Below, one piece after another: positions 39,982 through 51,400 of a stretch of 64,000 bases of DNA. Position 1 is the first letter of the stretch. Every line of letters begins with the position of its first letter. A program made the translations under genes and the position numbers. The notes beneath the pieces are model-generated. The model was not told the origin of the DNA, searched no databases, and was given only the letters and a program-made list of their open reading frames with translations. Origin of the DNA: an uncultured Bacilli bacterium (GTDB lineage Bacteria; Bacillota_I; Bacilli_A; RF39; UBA660); the NCBI GenBank assembly GCA_934183185.1, contig CAKPSO010000005.1, forward strand, positions 890 through 64,889, in the 5' to 3' direction.

Positions 39982-40629
39982 ATGAAAATAACTAAATATC
40001 CACAATCATGTTTATTAGTTGAAACAAACAATAAAAAAATCCTAATTGATGCTGGAGGATTAAAATATCAAGAAAAATTTCTAGATAATTGGAAAACTGT
40101 TGATTTAGTTTTAATCACTCATAAGCATGGTGATCATATTAAAATTGATGTTTTAAAAGAATTAAATAAACCGATTTATTCTACTCAAGAAGTACAAAAT
40201 ACTTATCCAGAAATAGAATTTAATATTGTAAAAGAAAATGATGTATTACAATTTGACAATATAAAAGTAGAAGTTGTAAAAGCGATTCATGGATATAATC
40301 CTAACTTAAAGGATGGTAAAGAAGTTTTTGAAAATGTTGGATATATAATTGATGATGGTATTTGCAGATTATATATAACAAGTGATACAATTTGTTTTAA
40401 AAATGATTATAAAGCTGATATTGTTGCATTACCAATAACAGCACATGGTCTTACTATGTCATCATATGAAGCTTCTTTATTTGCAATTGAATTAGGTGCT
40501 AAATTAGTACTACCAATTCATATGGATAATGATGCATACCCAACTAATTTAGAATATATGAAAGAAAATTTTGAAAGATTTAATATTAATTATAAAGTAT
40601 TAGAGATTGAAAAAACTATAGAAGTCTAA
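39982..40629 (+). CDS. MBL-fold metallo-hydrolase (small type)
   Basis: ITHKHGDH motif. 215 aa. Confidence 0.7.
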   Translation: MKITKYPQSCLLVETNNKKILIDAGGLKYQEKFLDNWKTVDLVLITHKHGDHIKIDVLKELNKPIYSTQEVQNTYPEIEFNIVKENDVLQFDNIKVEVVKAIHGYNPNLKDGKEVFENVGYIIDDGICRLYITSDTICFKNDYKADIVALPITAHGLTMSSYEASLFAIELGAKLVLPIHMDNDAYPTNLEYMKENFERFNINYKVLEIEKTIEV

Positions 40630-40686
40630 TCATTGTAGCATAATAAATTTTGAACGAGAAATCGTTCTTTTTTTATTACTTAAATT

Positions 40687-40890
40687 TTGAAAGAAGGTGA
40701 TTTTATTAATTATTTCTTTGAAATAGTTGTGCCACATTTGTTAGAGTATTTTAAAGAAAATGCAAAGGATATACCTTATTCTTTGCTTTCTGAAGTATTA
40801 ATTAATAATGAGAACTATGAAAAGGAAGTGAAAGAAATGATTGAAGAATCTAATGAAGTTAGTAAAAAATATAAAGAAAAAATAATATGA
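40687..40890 (+). CDS. hypothetical small protein
   Basis: TTG start. 67 aa. No motif. Confidence 0.3.
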   Translation: MKEGDFINYFFEIVVPHLLEYFKENAKDIPYSLLSEVLINNENYEKEVKEMIEESNEVSKKYKEKII

Positions 40891-40960
40891 ATGTTAAGAC
40901 ATGCTAAAGTTTATTTGGTATAATATTTATAGGAAAAAATTAATGAAATGAGGTGTTGTT

Positions 40961-41866
40961 GTGAATATTAAAAACATACAAAAAGTATTGTTAGAATGTT
41001 ACTCAAAAGATTTATGTTATCCTAAAGTTCAAGATGATTGGGATGAGAATAATAAATGCTTTGGTATGTGTGCAATAACATCTCTAATCATTAATGATTA
41101 TTTTGATGGAGATATTTGTAAGATTCACGTGGATGGAATTAGTCACTATTTCAACTTGATAGATAATAAGATTATAGATCTAACCTCAGGTCAGTTTAAT
41201 CATAATATAGATTATAAGGACTATCAAATTATAGATAGGCAAAAAATATTAACTGATGACACAAAGAATAGATATAACATATTAAAAGCAAGATTAATAA
41301 AAAAATTGTTAAAACAAGTTGATGAAAAAGTATATTTTTGTAAATCTTGCGATAAATTAGTTGATAAGTTTTCTAATGATGCAACAGTGTTTTTAGGTAA
41401 AGATAATAATATCGTATTAGTTGGAGAAGCTCCTGCAAACAATGGTTGGAGAAAAAGTCATAAATTATGGAAAGATGTTAATGGCAAGGTATTACCTAGT
41501 GGAGTTGTTTTACAAAAATTATTTGATATTATTGATAGAGATATTTTTGAAACTACTTTTTTAGAATCTGTTAAATGTTATCCACTTGAAAGAAAAAATT
41601 TAGAAACTTGTTCTAAAAATTGTAAGAATATAATGTTAAAACAATTAAGAATTTTAAATCCTAAATTGATTATTACTTTAGGAGAATTTCCAACTAGAAA
41701 TTTATTGGATTTTGAGTTTAAAAAGTTTGCAGATGTAGTTGGTGATATGTATGAGGTTAATGGATATAAAATACTGCCTATATACCATCCTAGTCCCATA
41801 TCTCCAAAGAGTTATTCAGGTAATGTTCCAATTTTTGAAAAATTAACAAAAATATTGATAGCATAA
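40961..41866 (+). CDS. YunG-like domain fused to a uracil-DNA-glycosylase-superfamily (family 4/5-like) domain
   Basis: N: CFGMCAITSLIINDYFDGDI...HYFNLIDNKIIDLTSGQF. C: LVGEAPANNGWRKS (motif A-like) and IYHPSPISP (motif B). Confidence 0.65.
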   Translation: MNIKNIQKVLLECYSKDLCYPKVQDDWDENNKCFGMCAITSLIINDYFDGDICKIHVDGISHYFNLIDNKIIDLTSGQFNHNIDYKDYQIIDRQKILTDDTKNRYNILKARLIKKLLKQVDEKVYFCKSCDKLVDKFSNDATVFLGKDNNIVLVGEAPANNGWRKSHKLWKDVNGKVLPSGVVLQKLFDIIDRDIFETTFLESVKCYPLERKNLETCSKNCKNIMLKQLRILNPKLIITLGEFPTRNLLDFEFKKFADVVGDMYEVNGYKILPIYHPSPISPKSYSGNVPIFEKLTKILIA

Positions 41867-41984
41867 CTTTTACTATTTAGGTGCAAAATTTGCTAGTTTA
41901 TTGTCTTACGTTGAAATTTATGAGCATACTTTTCTTTACAAATATGATAAAATATAATCAAATAAAACTTATTTGGAGGTTTAT

Positions 41985-42446
41985 ATGAAAGAAAGAATTG
42001 CTCATTTAAATTCAACTATTTGCTATTTAAAAAATGATAATAAAATTTTAATGATTAAATTTTCTAAAAAGTGGGGACAAGTTTATGCTCCACCTGGAGG
42101 AAAATTTGAGTCTGGGGAAACACCTTTGGATTGTATTAAAAGGGAGTTTTATGAAGAAACAGGATTAACTTTAATAAATCCAAAACTTCAGGGTATATCC
42201 TATTGGCAAGATACTGCAGAGGGAATTATATTTATATATACTGCTGAAGAATATGAAGGTAAATTAAATATGACTTCTTCTGAAGGTAAATTAGAGTGGA
42301 TAAAAATTGATGATTTATTATCGATAAAACAGTTTGATCAAAATGAAAAATTTACTTCTTATTTGTTTAAAGATGAATTGTTTGAAGGAAAATTCTTATT
42401 AGATGATAAATGCAAAGTTTTAAAATATGAAATAAGAAATATGTAG
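41985..42446 (+). CDS. NUDIX hydrolase
   Basis: Nudix box GGKFESGETPLDCIKREFYEETGL. Confidence 0.85.
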   Translation: MKERIAHLNSTICYLKNDNKILMIKFSKKWGQVYAPPGGKFESGETPLDCIKREFYEETGLTLINPKLQGISYWQDTAEGIIFIYTAEEYEGKLNMTSSEGKLEWIKIDDLLSIKQFDQNEKFTSYLFKDELFEGKFLLDDKCKVLKYEIRNM

Positions 42447-42602
42447 TTGATAAATGAAGATAGTAGATCTATAAAAATCTATTAAAGGGAAAATAACTAT
42501 GAGAAAAATATTTTAGTTACTGAGAAAGTCGTTGGTACTAAAATTAAATAGTTAGTTATTAGGAGTTCTTGGCAGAATCCAATAATAATGGTGGTGAAAT
42601 AA

Positions 42603-43231
42603 ATGACTAGGATATTGTCTGTCGAAGAAACCAGAAAATGTTTGAGAGCATGGCGTGAATTTGCTGATAGAGATGCATTAGAAGTTTTAACAGTTTGCAA
42701 TGGTGGATTAGTTGTATTTATAGCTAAAAAATACTTAGGAAGAGGCTTAACATTTGATGAATTGAAATCAGCAGGAAACGAAGGATTATTAAATGCAATC
42801 AATAATTTGATTATAAGGAAAGACCAATAGAAGGATTTGGAACATATATTTCTATAGCTATTACGAATAAAATAAAAAATGAATTAAGGGATTATAATAA
42901 ACATAGCTATGTATTATGCTTTGAACAACCAATAGGTCAAAATAAAGATGGTAGCGAAAAGAAATTAGAAGATTTAGTTGGAACTGATGAAGAACAATTA
43001 TTTGAAGATGTTATTTCTAAAATGAAAATAAATATCGTTCGAGAGGCTCTACAACGTTTAACTCCTAGAGAACGACAAATTGTTTTACTACGATATGGCC
43101 TTGATGATCGCAAAAAAACACTAGACCAAATGGCTGAGATGTTTGGCTGTTCTAGAACTGCAGTCTATGTGCAAGAACAAAAGACACTAGTCAAAATGAA
43201 ACATACTATACAAGAAATACAAAAAAATTAA
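42603..43231 (+). pseudogene. sigma-70 family (sporulation or phage-type group 3-like) sigma factor with a 1-nt frameshift near 42808-42815
   Basis: Region 2 (LVVFIAKKY...ELKSAGNEGLLNAI) continues in the +1 frame: ...ERPIEGFGTYISIAITNKI...PIGQNKDGSE.... Region 4 is LTPRERQIVLLRYGL... Confidence 0.7.
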
Positions 43232-43325
43232 CAGAGTTTATAGCTCAACAAATCTCAGAAATTTATTGTTCATGAACTCATACAATCAGTATTTCTTAAG
43301 GAAATAATATTGTTAATTATATTAT

Positions 43326-43363
43326 AAAAAAGCACTCATCATGCAAATGAAAAGTGCTTTTTT
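43326..43363. terminator. bidirectional intrinsic terminator (rpmB / island end)
   Basis: AAAAAAGCACT ... AGTGCTTTTTT, a symmetric A/T-flanked hairpin. Confidence 0.65.
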
Positions 43364-43395
43364 ATTATAATTTAAATGTGTAAAAAAAGAAGTAA

Positions 43396-43587
43396 CTATT
43401 CGTTTACTTCTTCAACTTTTGCATCTTTACGTGCTGTTCTTAATTCTCTAGCACTAACTCTAACCTTAGTTCCATCTTCTAATCTAACTACTTGAAGATT
43501 AACACCTTGTTTTTTACGAGTCTTGTTTAAAGCATGAGAACGTTTATTTCCGAATAAAGGTTTTTTACTAGTAACTTTAACTGCCAT
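43396..43587 (-). CDS. rpmB: 50S ribosomal protein L28
   Basis: FGNKRSHALNKTRKKQGVNLQ is typical of L28. 63 aa. Confidence 0.92.
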   Translation of the reverse strand: MAVKVTSKKPLFGNKRSHALNKTRKKQGVNLQVVRLEDGTKVRVSARELRTARKDAKVEEVNE

Positions 43588-43667
43588 TTCAATTCCTCCT
43601 TTGATACATAATTAACTTGCGCTTATAACTTTATCATATATTTTTACTTTAGTCAAATGAAATATAG

Positions 43668-44426
43668 TTAATTTAGTATTTTTTGCAGTAATTTATGTGA
43701 ATTTTTTTCCTCATTTTCATAGTATTCTTTAATATTATCTGGAATAATAATATGTTTTTCTAACTCAATATTTTCAATTATACTTTTTAAGTTTATTTTC
43801 TGTATTTCTTTTAACTTTTCCCTAAATATTGGATATTGATCTATTAAAATAGAATATTCAGTAAAACCCATAAAGTCCCATAATGGATTCCTACAGAAGA
43901 AGTTATCTATACTTCTTTCAAATGATTGTTCATAATCATAGATGGGAGCTAATCTTAAATACTTATTTATTTCATTTATCTCAAATGTTAAGTTACACCC
44001 ACATCTATCTTTTTGCATCATATAAGTATCTAGGGCTAGTAGTTTAAAAAAATCATCTAAAAATTCTTCCCTGTTAGCATCGTTAATACATTCACTTAGA
44101 TAAAACTCTATATGATTTTCAAAATTATCACGTCTAAGTCTATAACTTAAAAAACTATTATGATCTAAATATACATATCCCATTCTTTTAAAACTAGGAG
44201 ATGATAATATAATATCATTAAATTCTGATTTAGCTATATAGTAATCAACTGTTCTTAGATTTATCTCTTTGGCTATTTTAGAGCCAATTAATTCATTAAT
44301 ATTAAAACATTTAAAATAATTAGGATTTTTAATATCTGCTTTATTATAGCTAGTTTTTATTAATTCTTCTTGAAGTATGATATAGTCTTCATCTATTTGA
44401 TAATCATGCCATTTAATATAACCCAT
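43668..44426 (-). CDS. hypothetical protein
   Basis: Weak resemblance to a HipA_C/kinase-like core (LAPIYDYE). Not sufficient for a call. Confidence 0.4.
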   Translation of the reverse strand: MGYIKWHDYQIDEDYIILQEELIKTSYNKADIKNPNYFKCFNINELIGSKIAKEINLRTVDYYIAKSEFNDIILSSPSFKRMGYVYLDHNSFLSYRLRRDNFENHIEFYLSECINDANREEFLDDFFKLLALDTYMMQKDRCGCNLTFEINEINKYLRLAPIYDYEQSFERSIDNFFCRNPLWDFMGFTEYSILIDQYPIFREKLKEIQKINLKSIIENIELEKHIIIPDNIKEYYENEEKNSHKLLQKILN

Positions 44427-44516
44427 AGTATCACCACTTTTTTTCACATACGTTATCATATTTTTTTAGATAAGTCTATACTTTTGTGGTAATATATTAT
44501 TAGGGAGGAATAAGCT

Positions 44517-47468
44517 ATGTATACACCACTTAATATAAAAACTAATTATTCATTATTATCTAGTCTTATTAGAATAGATGACTTATTAAAATATGCAAAA
44601 GAACATAACTTTTCCTCATTAGCTATAGCTGATGATAATATGTTTGCAACTATGGAATTCTATAAAAAATGTAAAAGTAATAATATTAAACCAATTATTG
44701 GGTTAGAAGTAAAATTAGAAAATGGTATCTTATTAATATATGCTAAAGACTATGTTGGTTATCAATCACTTATAAAGCTTTCTACTATTCAGTCTGAGGG
44801 ATTAGTTACTTTGGGAGATATTATTAACTATAGTAAAAATGTAATTACTATTATTCCAGTAATATATGAGGATATATATAACTTACTTAATAATAAGATA
44901 TCTGATATTTATACATCTTATTCTAATAAAGATGAAGAAGAATTGGCCCGTAAAATTAGTAATAAAATAGTATATGTATCTGAAGTACGTTATTTATATA
45001 AACAGGATAGTAATTATTTAAAATATTTATATATGATACGTGATTCTAAAACTATAACTAGTACTGTTGATTATGATATTTATGATAAAGAGATAAAGTT
45101 AGATGATATATATGATTATTCAAGTAATAGTGGTTTATTTCAAACTAATGAGATAGCTAGTTTATGTGATTTAGAGTTTCCAAAATCAGAATTATTATTA
45201 CCAATATATAAGGAAACTAATGGGCTATCAGTACACGAATACTTAACTAATTTAGCACAGGCTGGATTAGTAAGACGTCTTAATAATCGAGTTTCTCAAA
45301 AGTATATTGATCGCTTGGTTTATGAATTAGACATAGTTGATAGAATGGGATTTTCTAATTACTTTTTAGTTGTATATGATTTTATTAAATATGCTAAGAA
45401 AAATAAAATATTAGTTGGTCCTGGACGTGGTAGTGGAGCAGGTTCATTAATATGTTATTCTATTGGGATAACTGATATAGATCCTATTAAGTATGATTTA
45501 TTATTTGAAAGATTTTTAAATCCTGAGCGAGTTAGTATGCCAGATATAGATACTGATTTTCCAGATGTTTATCGTGAACAGGTAATAGATTATGTAGTTA
45601 ATAAATATGGACTAAAACGAGTTAGTGGAATAGTAACATTTGGTACTTTAGCTGCTAAGCAGGCAATACGTGATGTATCAAGAGTATTAAATGTACCTTT
45701 ATTCCAAGTTGATTTAATAACTAAGAAAATTCCTAGTTTTACTAAGAAAAAATTAAATGATTTCTATAAAGAAAATATTGACTTTAGGAACTTGATAAAT
45801 AGTGATGAGAAATTAAAGAAGATGTTTCAAATAGCAGTAATGGTAGAGGGATTTCCTAGACATACATCTAGTCATGCAGCAGGAATTATTATGTGTAAAA
45901 AAGATTTAGATGAAGTTATTCCATTAATAAAAGATAATAATATGTATTTAAGTGCTTATACTATGGAATATTTAGAGGAACTTGGTCTACTTAAAATGGA
46001 TTTTTTAGGATTAAAAACACTAACTACTATTATGAATATTATTAATGATATTAATGCTGGTAATGAGGGTAGTAGTACGGTAGTTGACTTTAATAGTATT
46101 CCTTTAAATGATGATAGGGTACTTGAGTGTTTTAGAAAAGCTGATACTCTAGGTATTTTTCAGTTTGAATCTGATGGGATGCGTAAATTTTTAAGAGATT
46201 TACATCCAGATTCTTTTGAAGATATTTTTGCGGCTATTGCGTTATTTAGACCTGGACCTGCTTCAAATATTGATTCTTATATTAGAAGAAAAGAAGGTAA
46301 GGAGAAGATTACATATTTGGATGATAGTCTAGAACCAATTTTAAAAAGTACTAAGGGTATTATTATTTATCAGGAACAAATTATTCAAATAGCTAATATT
46401 TATGCTGGTTATACTTTAGGAGAAGCTGATATTTTAAGACGTGCTATGAGTAAGAAAAAAATGGATGTTTTGGTACAGGAAGAATCTAAATTTATTCAAA
46501 GAAGTGTGGAAAAGGGGCATTCAAAAGATGTAGCTAAGCAAATATTTGATTTGATTTTAAACTTCGCTAATTATGGTTTTAATCGTTCACATTCAGTTGC
46601 ATATTCATTAATAGCTTATAAAATGGCTTATTTAAAGGTATATTATCCACTATATTTTTATGCTAGTTTATTAACCTCTGTAATTGATGGGGAAATTAAG
46701 ACTAAGAATTATATTATGGAAGCTAAAGCCCATGGCGTTAAAATATTACCCCCTAGTATAAATAAGAGTGGACTTGAATATATAGTTGAAAAAGATGGAT
46801 TACGTTTTCCATTATCAGCTATTAAGAGTATAGGAGTTCAGACTGCTAGAAGTATTATTGATAATCGTAATTATCGTTATACTGATATTTTTGACTTCGT
46901 TAGTAAGACTATAATTAGTGGTATTAATAGTAAGACTATTGAAGTGTTAATTGATGTAGGATGTTTTGAGGAATTGGGATATAACCATCAAACTCTTCAT
47001 CATAACTTAGACAGTATTATGAACTATGCTGAATTAGTTAAGAATCTTGATCCAGACTATGTATTAAAACCTGATATCGAGGTAGTAGATGACTATTCAA
47101 AAGATTATTTAGTTAAAAGAGAAAAAGAATTACTAGGTTTTTACCTTAGTAATCATCCTGTTACTTTTTATAAATCAAACTATCAGGATATTATATCATT
47201 AGATAAAGCCAAAAATTATCTTGGAAAAAATATTACTACTGTTGTGTTAGTAGAAAGATTTAGAGTTATTCAAACTAAGAATGGTGATGATATGATGTTC
47301 TTTGATGGTAGCGATGAATATGGAAAGATGGATTTTACTCTATTTCCTAAATTGTATCAACAGTATTCATTCTTGAAATCTGGTGATATTATTAAAGTAG
47401 TTGGTAATGTTGAAAGAAGATATGATAATTATCAAGTAATAATAAATAAATTAGAAAAATTAAATTAA
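44517..47468 (+). CDS. dnaE: DNA polymerase III alpha subunit, DnaE type
   Basis: N-terminal PHP domain. GPGRGSGAGSLICYSIGITDIDP. Pol III alpha core. OB fold at the C-terminus. Confidence 0.93.
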   Translation: MYTPLNIKTNYSLLSSLIRIDDLLKYAKEHNFSSLAIADDNMFATMEFYKKCKSNNIKPIIGLEVKLENGILLIYAKDYVGYQSLIKLSTIQSEGLVTLGDIINYSKNVITIIPVIYEDIYNLLNNKISDIYTSYSNKDEEELARKISNKIVYVSEVRYLYKQDSNYLKYLYMIRDSKTITSTVDYDIYDKEIKLDDIYDYSSNSGLFQTNEIASLCDLEFPKSELLLPIYKETNGLSVHEYLTNLAQAGLVRRLNNRVSQKYIDRLVYELDIVDRMGFSNYFLVVYDFIKYAKKNKILVGPGRGSGAGSLICYSIGITDIDPIKYDLLFERFLNPERVSMPDIDTDFPDVYREQVIDYVVNKYGLKRVSGIVTFGTLAAKQAIRDVSRVLNVPLFQVDLITKKIPSFTKKKLNDFYKENIDFRNLINSDEKLKKMFQIAVMVEGFPRHTSSHAAGIIMCKKDLDEVIPLIKDNNMYLSAYTMEYLEELGLLKMDFLGLKTLTTIMNIINDINAGNEGSSTVVDFNSIPLNDDRVLECFRKADTLGIFQFESDGMRKFLRDLHPDSFEDIFAAIALFRPGPASNIDSYIRRKEGKEKITYLDDSLEPILKSTKGIIIYQEQIIQIANIYAGYTLGEADILRRAMSKKKMDVLVQEESKFIQRSVEKGHSKDVAKQIFDLILNFANYGFNRSHSVAYSLIAYKMAYLKVYYPLYFYASLLTSVIDGEIKTKNYIMEAKAHGVKILPPSINKSGLEYIVEKDGLRFPLSAIKSIGVQTARSIIDNRNYRYTDIFDFVSKTIISGINSKTIEVLIDVGCFEELGYNHQTLHHNLDSIMNYAELVKNLDPDYVLKPDIEVVDDYSKDYLVKREKELLGFYLSNHPVTFYKSNYQDIISLDKAKNYLGKNITTVVLVERFRVIQTKNGDDMMFFDGSDEYGKMDFTLFPKLYQQYSFLKSGDIIKVVGNVERRYDNYQVIINKLEKLN

Positions 47469-47548
47469 AAGTATTAAAACCATTAAAAATAGTTTATTAT
47501 CCCTTTATTTTATGGTATATTTGTATTAAAAGCAAAGGTAGTGATAGA

Positions 47549-48379
47549 ATGAGACTAAATTTTCAGACAAATGATTATTTACTTATATGGAATTTATTAT
47601 ATGGTGCTTCTATTTCTCCTAGAGTACATAGCTTTAAGCAAAAGCTTTGGACTACTTATAAAAAACAGTATAATGGTGGATTTAAAGATAAAGAAGAAAT
47701 GCTACAGGACTTTAAAAATTATATTCCAGATGATGATACTCTTTATAACTTAGTATTAGAAAGTGATACTTTTATGACTATAAAGAGAGAAACTGAAAAA
47801 CATCGTGTTGAACTTTTAAAAATATGGGATGAGAATAAGAAAAATATTATTAAGAACTTAAAAGAAATACTAAGATTTCCAATGAAAGATAATTATAATA
47901 TTTTAGTATTACATCCACATATGGATACTTTACTAACTTCTAATTCAACCTCAAATATTGGTTGGGGGTTTCGTAATGATTTAAGTGACTGTATTATGAC
48001 TTTGACTAATATTATTTATACATTAGTTAGTTATGAATTAAAGGGATTTCAAAAAGAATATAAAGAAATAGTTCAGGCAGTACTTGAACTTTCTATATAT
48101 AATGAATTATATACTAGAATATCTGGTATTTCTAATCACTTAGCAGGAGATAAGACTTTAAGTTTTTTAAAACGTCAAATATATCCATATTGGTTAATGT
48201 ATTTGGGATGCGATAAAGAAGATATGACACATTATATGATGCGTGATCAAATAGCTTTTGATATAGACGAATATACGATTGAGAAAGGGTTAAAGAAAGT
48301 TAATTTATATGATTTTATAAAATTCTGTATTAGAAATCAAAAACATATTATACGTATTAATACTTTAGAAATAATATAG
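47549..48379 (+). CDS. hypothetical protein
   Basis: 276 aa between dnaE and polC. No motif recognised. Confidence 0.45.
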   Translation: MRLNFQTNDYLLIWNLLYGASISPRVHSFKQKLWTTYKKQYNGGFKDKEEMLQDFKNYIPDDDTLYNLVLESDTFMTIKRETEKHRVELLKIWDENKKNIIKNLKEILRFPMKDNYNILVLHPHMDTLLTSNSTSNIGWGFRNDLSDCIMTLTNIIYTLVSYELKGFQKEYKEIVQAVLELSIYNELYTRISGISNHLAGDKTLSFLKRQIYPYWLMYLGCDKEDMTHYMMRDQIAFDIDEYTIEKGLKKVNLYDFIKFCIRNQKHIIRINTLEII

Positions 48380-48427
48380 ATTTCATATTAGAAATTTATT
48401 TTATTCTAAATAGCAGGGGGAAGTACA

Positions 48428-51400
48428 ATGAATGAGGATAAAATAAAAATATTATTTAAACAATTAAATTTATCACAGGAAGAACAGGATAAATATAAAG
48501 ATTTAAGTTTAGATAAAGTAAAAGTAAATGAAAAACTTGGTAGTTGGACTTTTGTGTTAAAAGCTAATTCTATACTTCCTTTGACTGATTATGTTTTTTT
48601 AAGTGAGGGATGCAGAAAAGCTTTTCAGGATATTAAGATAGTAAATATATGTATTTTGCCTATTAATAAAACTAATGATTATTTTAATGATTACTATAGT
48701 TATGCTTTAAATAACTGTAAAGATATATTAGTATTTGCTCCTATATTTAAAGATAGTTTAATAGAAGTTGATGATTCTTATTACATTGAAACAACTAATA
48801 TTGAAGAGGATAAGCAGGTTAATAGTTTACTTTCTAAATTAAACTGGTTATTAAGTTTGTATGGCTTTGATGTAGAAGTTAAGACTAAATTAAATGAAGA
48901 AAAAGAAAAAAGTGTACGTAAAGAGATAGAATTAGAGCTTGCTCAAACTAAGGTTAATGTTCAACCAGTTATTAATAAAAGTGAAAGTACTACTACTTTT
49001 CAACCTAAAACAGATGGGGCTCAAAAACAGTATCGTCGTAGTAAAAAGGAAGATGATCCTAGTGTAATTATTGGTAGAAAGATAACAGATACTCCAATTC
49101 AAATGAAGAGTATTATTGGGGAAGCTGATAATGTTACAGTAGAGGGTTATGTTTTTGGAATAGATTTTTTTGAATCTAGTAAGACAGATTTTAAAATTAT
49201 TACTTTAAAGGTTACTGATTACTCAGATAGTATTTACTGTAAGGTATTTGCACGTGGTGATGAAGAGTATCAGAATATTAAGAAAGATTTAAAAGAGGGA
49301 AAATGGTTCTTAATAAAGGGTTATATTAAGAATGATCAATATTCAAAAGAATTAGTTTTAAATGCTAGAGATATTAATATCGTTAAGAAAGAAAGTAAAA
49401 AGATAGAAGATAATGCTTTAGTAAAAAGAGTAGAGTTACATGCTCATACTATGATGAGTCAGATGGATGGTATTACTAAACTTGATTTGGGTAAACATAC
49501 TTGTGAGTTAGTGGAACGTACTATTCAAATGGGTTATAGGGGAGTAGCTATTACTGATCATAATGGATGTCAGGCTTTTCCAATATCATTTGGAATTATT
49601 AAGGGACATAATAAGAGTATTCGTAAGAAGATTAAGGAAAATATTGAAGCTTTAAAAGAAGAAATAGATAATGAAACTGATAGTTCTAAGAAAGAAGAGT
49701 TAGAATCTAAACTTAATGATGAAATAGAAAAATCAAAGAATCCTCCTATATTTAAAGGATTATATGGAACTGAGTTAACATTAGTAGATGATACAGTTAA
49801 TATTGTTGTTAGGCCAACTGATGATGATATGATTCATAATACTTATGTAGTATTTGATACAGAAACTACTGGATTTAATGCTGGTGGTGCGGATCAAATG
49901 ATTGAAATAGGTGCTGTTAAAATAAAAGATGGAGAAATAATTGATCGCTTTGATCAGTTAATTGATCCAAAGAGACATATACCAGATAAGATTACGGAAC
50001 TTACATGTATTACTGATGATATGGTTAGGGGAAAGAAATCTGAAGAAGAAGTAACTAAAATGTTCTTAGAGTGGACAGGTAATCTACCTATGGTTGCTCA
50101 TAATGCTAAGTTTGATATTTCATTTATTGAGATGGCTATGTATAAATATAACCTTGGTGAATTTAAAAATACCGTGATAGATACTTTAGAATTATCTCGT
50201 GCCTTAGATCAGGGATATTCTAGGCATTCATTGTCAGCACTTGTTAAAAGATATGATGTACCTTGGGAAGAGGATGCTCACCATAGAGCTGACTATGATG
50301 CAGAGGGAACAGCTTTTGTATTTAGTAAGATGTTAAAAAAGTTAGAAATGCAAAAGTATGAAAAAATAAGTGATTTAGATAATTTAATTTCTAAAGATGA
50401 GATGTATAAATTTGGTAGAACTTATCATTTTAATGCTATCGCTATTAATAAAAAAGGGTTAAAGAATTTATTTAAAATTATCTCTTTAGCTAATACTATT
50501 TATTTATATAAGACTCCACGTATTCTAAGAAGTAAGTTGAATGAATTAAGAGATGGATTACTTATTGGTAGTGGATGCTATGAATCAGAGGTATTTACAG
50601 AAGCTAGAAGTAAAGAGGGAGAAGAATTAACTAATATTATTAATTTTTATGATTATGTTGAGGTTCAACCTCCTGAAGTTTATGATCATCTAATTCAGTT
50701 AAATGACTTTAAGGATGGAAATGAATTAAAGACTCATATTAAGAAAATTATAAGTGCAGTAAAAGAAGCTGGAAAGATAATAGTGGCTACTGGTGATGTC
50801 CATCATTTTGAAAGGGAAGATAAAATATATCGTGAAATTATAGTTAATCAGAAAGTACCTGGTGGGGGAAGACATCCTTTGGCTAAGAAGGATATTACTT
50901 CTATTCCATCTCAGCATTTTAGAACTACTGATGAGATGTTAAATGATTTTTCTTTCTTAGATAGTGATCTTGCTTATGAAATAGTAGTTACTAATACTAA
51001 TAAAGTTTTAGATATGGTTGATGAAATTGAAGTTATTCCTGATACTGGTGGTACACCTTTTTCTCCACGTGTAAAAAGTGATGATGAAAAGAGTTATCTA
51101 GATTGTCCACGTGTAGTTACTGATTTGGTTTATACGAAGGCTAAAAATTGGTATGGAGAACCACTTCCATATAGTATTGAGGAAAGACTTGGTACTGAAC
51201 TTTATGGTGATATTGTGTTAACATCTATTAAACATGATTTAGCTGATTTAGATAAAGAAGAGTTAACTAAGGAGTCATTTAAAAGACTACATGAAATTAT
51301 TTTAAAGGGAAGAGATAGCGTCTTTGATCAAGTTAGAAATTATTTGAAAAATACGAGTGAAGAAAAGTTGGATGAAGCAGGACTTGAAAAAAAATTAAAG

